NCBI GenBank assembly: GCA_964187785.1
Contig: OZ076409.1
Location: 31,932,001-31,992,000 of the forward strand
Reading direction: 5' to 3'
DNA length: 60,000 nt
From: Amphiscolops sp. MND2022
Lineage: Eukaryota
The position numbers were made by a program, and so were the translations under genes. Positions 58,401 through 60,000 of this stretch are shown here, one piece after another. How positions within the stretch are numbered: the stretch's first letter is position 1; each line of letters begins with the position of its first letter. The notes under the pieces were generated by a model that saw only the letters and a program-made list of their open reading frames with translations, was not told the DNA's origin and searched no databases.

Positions 58401-59885
58401 GGAAGATTACCTACCTTCCGAACTTGCTGACCATTTTTTGAAGTGGAGATCGAAATTGATCACTTTAAGGGATGTGGAATTGCAACAATTCGTATTGCTT
58501 GATTGATTCTCGGACAAATTTGAGTTGCATCTCTTCTGTGATGCGTCAGAAAGGGCTTATATCGATTGTATTTATATTTTTGCCACAAATTCTCATGGCA
58601 GCAGGAAGTCATTCCTGCTTGTTGCCAAAACCAAGTAGCGCCCGTGAAAACACAAACTGTTCCGAGATTAGAATATTGTGCTGCTTTGCTAGGCACTAGG
58701 TTATATCAGTCTGTTATCAAGTCCATTGGTCAAACGCCGGTTGTTATTGAAGAAACTTTCGCGTGGACTGATTCAACAATAGTTTTGTGTTGGTTGTCAA
58801 AGGAAGCATCTCATTGGCCAACTTTTGTTTCAAACAGAAGTAGTGAATGTCAAAATGAAAACAAATTGAATTGGAATCATGTTTGTTCCAAAGAGAATCA
58901 TGCGGATCCTGAATCTCGAGGAATTAACCCTGACGAAAGAAAATCAACATAACATATGGTGAAATGGTCCAGAGTGGTTAATAATAGGGAAATTTCCGAA
59001 ATCTTTGTAAATTGTTGAAACATCTGAAGAGTTGAAAAAGTCGACTCTAACAACAAGAATTACCAATCTTGATACCTCTGTGTCTCACAGGGATACCAAA
59101 AAAGGTGTTATTGATTTGTCGAGGTTTAACTCCTTATATGAAGTACTCCGAATTTTTGCTTACGCTAGCCGTTTTATTGGCAATCGGAAGAAGAATATGC
59201 TTGTTTTACCAAGTTACAATACTGCCCCAGAGTTAACAGAGTCAATCAAGTTAAGTTTAATTCGCCAAGAACAAAAGAAACAACATTCGAAAGAAACCGA
59301 AACTATTGAAATTGCAGATCACGTGAAGCCTAAGAGTCAAATATGTAAATTATACCCCTTTCTCGATAATAGTATTTTTTGTTTTGAAGGAAGATTAGTA
59401 CATGCATGGTTGCCACCGAAGAAAGCAAATTTCAAAGACTAATTCCTCAAGACTGTTATCTCTTACGCCTAGTTGTATTGACGTCCCACCAGCTGACACT
59501 CCATTGTGGGACTAGTCAAACAATCTCGCATATTAGAACTCGTTTCTGGATTCCCAGTTGTTGAAATTTGATTCGAAAACTGATAATCAATTGTGTCAGT
59601 TGTAATGGCTTCAACTCGAAGCCATTTTCCCCCTTGGTGGGTGATCTTTCCAAAGCAAGAATTGACCCTCCTCTAAAAAATTTTATTGACGTAGGCCTAG
59701 ACTTTGCTAGTCCTTTCTATTGTAGGAAATGTCCAAATTCTCCTGAAGAATCCTACTTAGCGCTTTTGGTGTGATATTGGCCAGTAAAGTCGTTCATCTT
59801 AAACTAGTCTCTGATCTTAGTACAGCAGCATGTATTGCAGCCATTAGAAGACTCGTTTCTCGCAGAGGTTGTCCTGAAAGCCTTT
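55472..59885 (+). mobile_element. Decayed BEL/Pao LTR retrotransposon gag-pol, interrupted in the integrase
   Basis: MKLPKVQLPTFTG gag motif, triple Cys/His knuckles (..CRECKIKHHTLLH), YLPHHCVLKKDSTTTKL, ADVAMMYRQV, IVDDILTG RT, FCDASERAY RNase H, TVPRLEYCAA, WTDSTIVL, GLDFASP and SRRGCP integrase. Confidence 0.93.
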
Positions 59886-59890
59886 ATATT

Positions 59891-60000
59891 CTTTTTAGAC
59901 GGCGCTTTTCTTAAGAAAAGAGTCGACTATAGTCATGGCTTTTCGTCAGTGTTTTTTTAAAGACCAAAATAGACCTGAACTGACCAAAATAGTTCTACCA
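59891..60000. mobile_element. End of a hairpin-terminated element inserted into the BEL integrase
   Basis: TTTTT-AGACGGCG-CTTTTCTTAAGAAAAG-AGTCGACTA; related to the reverse complement of 4897-4943. Confidence 0.6.

Overview
Repeat-dominated, AT-rich eukaryotic window. An innexin-type exon points to an invertebrate animal (inference). Left to right: (1) 1-4.9 kb, part of an endogenous Polinton/Maverick (adintovirus-like) element with packaging ATPase, minor capsid (penton), adenain protease and core-like genes, whose minus-strand genes begin at a shared TAATAAATG motif; the block ends in a repeat-plus-hairpin module that recurs at 59.9 kb. (2) 5.3-17.1 kb, a decayed Ty3/Gypsy element (- strand) with an extra ORF before gag and a truncated Cys-patterned env-like gene, bounded by two LTR copies in inverted orientation. 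(3) 17.1-25.4 kb, a 178-bp satellite array running into a 200-N gap. (4) 25.7-46.2 kb, a nest: a small TIR element (CCCGGGTTTCCC ends) split by a ~19.8-kb LTR block. That block carries accessory ORFs (including a divergent TARG1/Poa1p-like macrodomain), a 4669-bp tandem duplication and a second Gypsy gag-pol with its own LTR and PBS. (5) 46430-46574, first coding exon of an innexin, missed by the ORF track. (6) Downstream and probably intronic: a repeat-protein relic, an intron-containing thymidine kinase pseudogene, an SGNH-like ORF and a decayed BEL/Pao element. All family calls come from motif recognition by eye; no database search was run.
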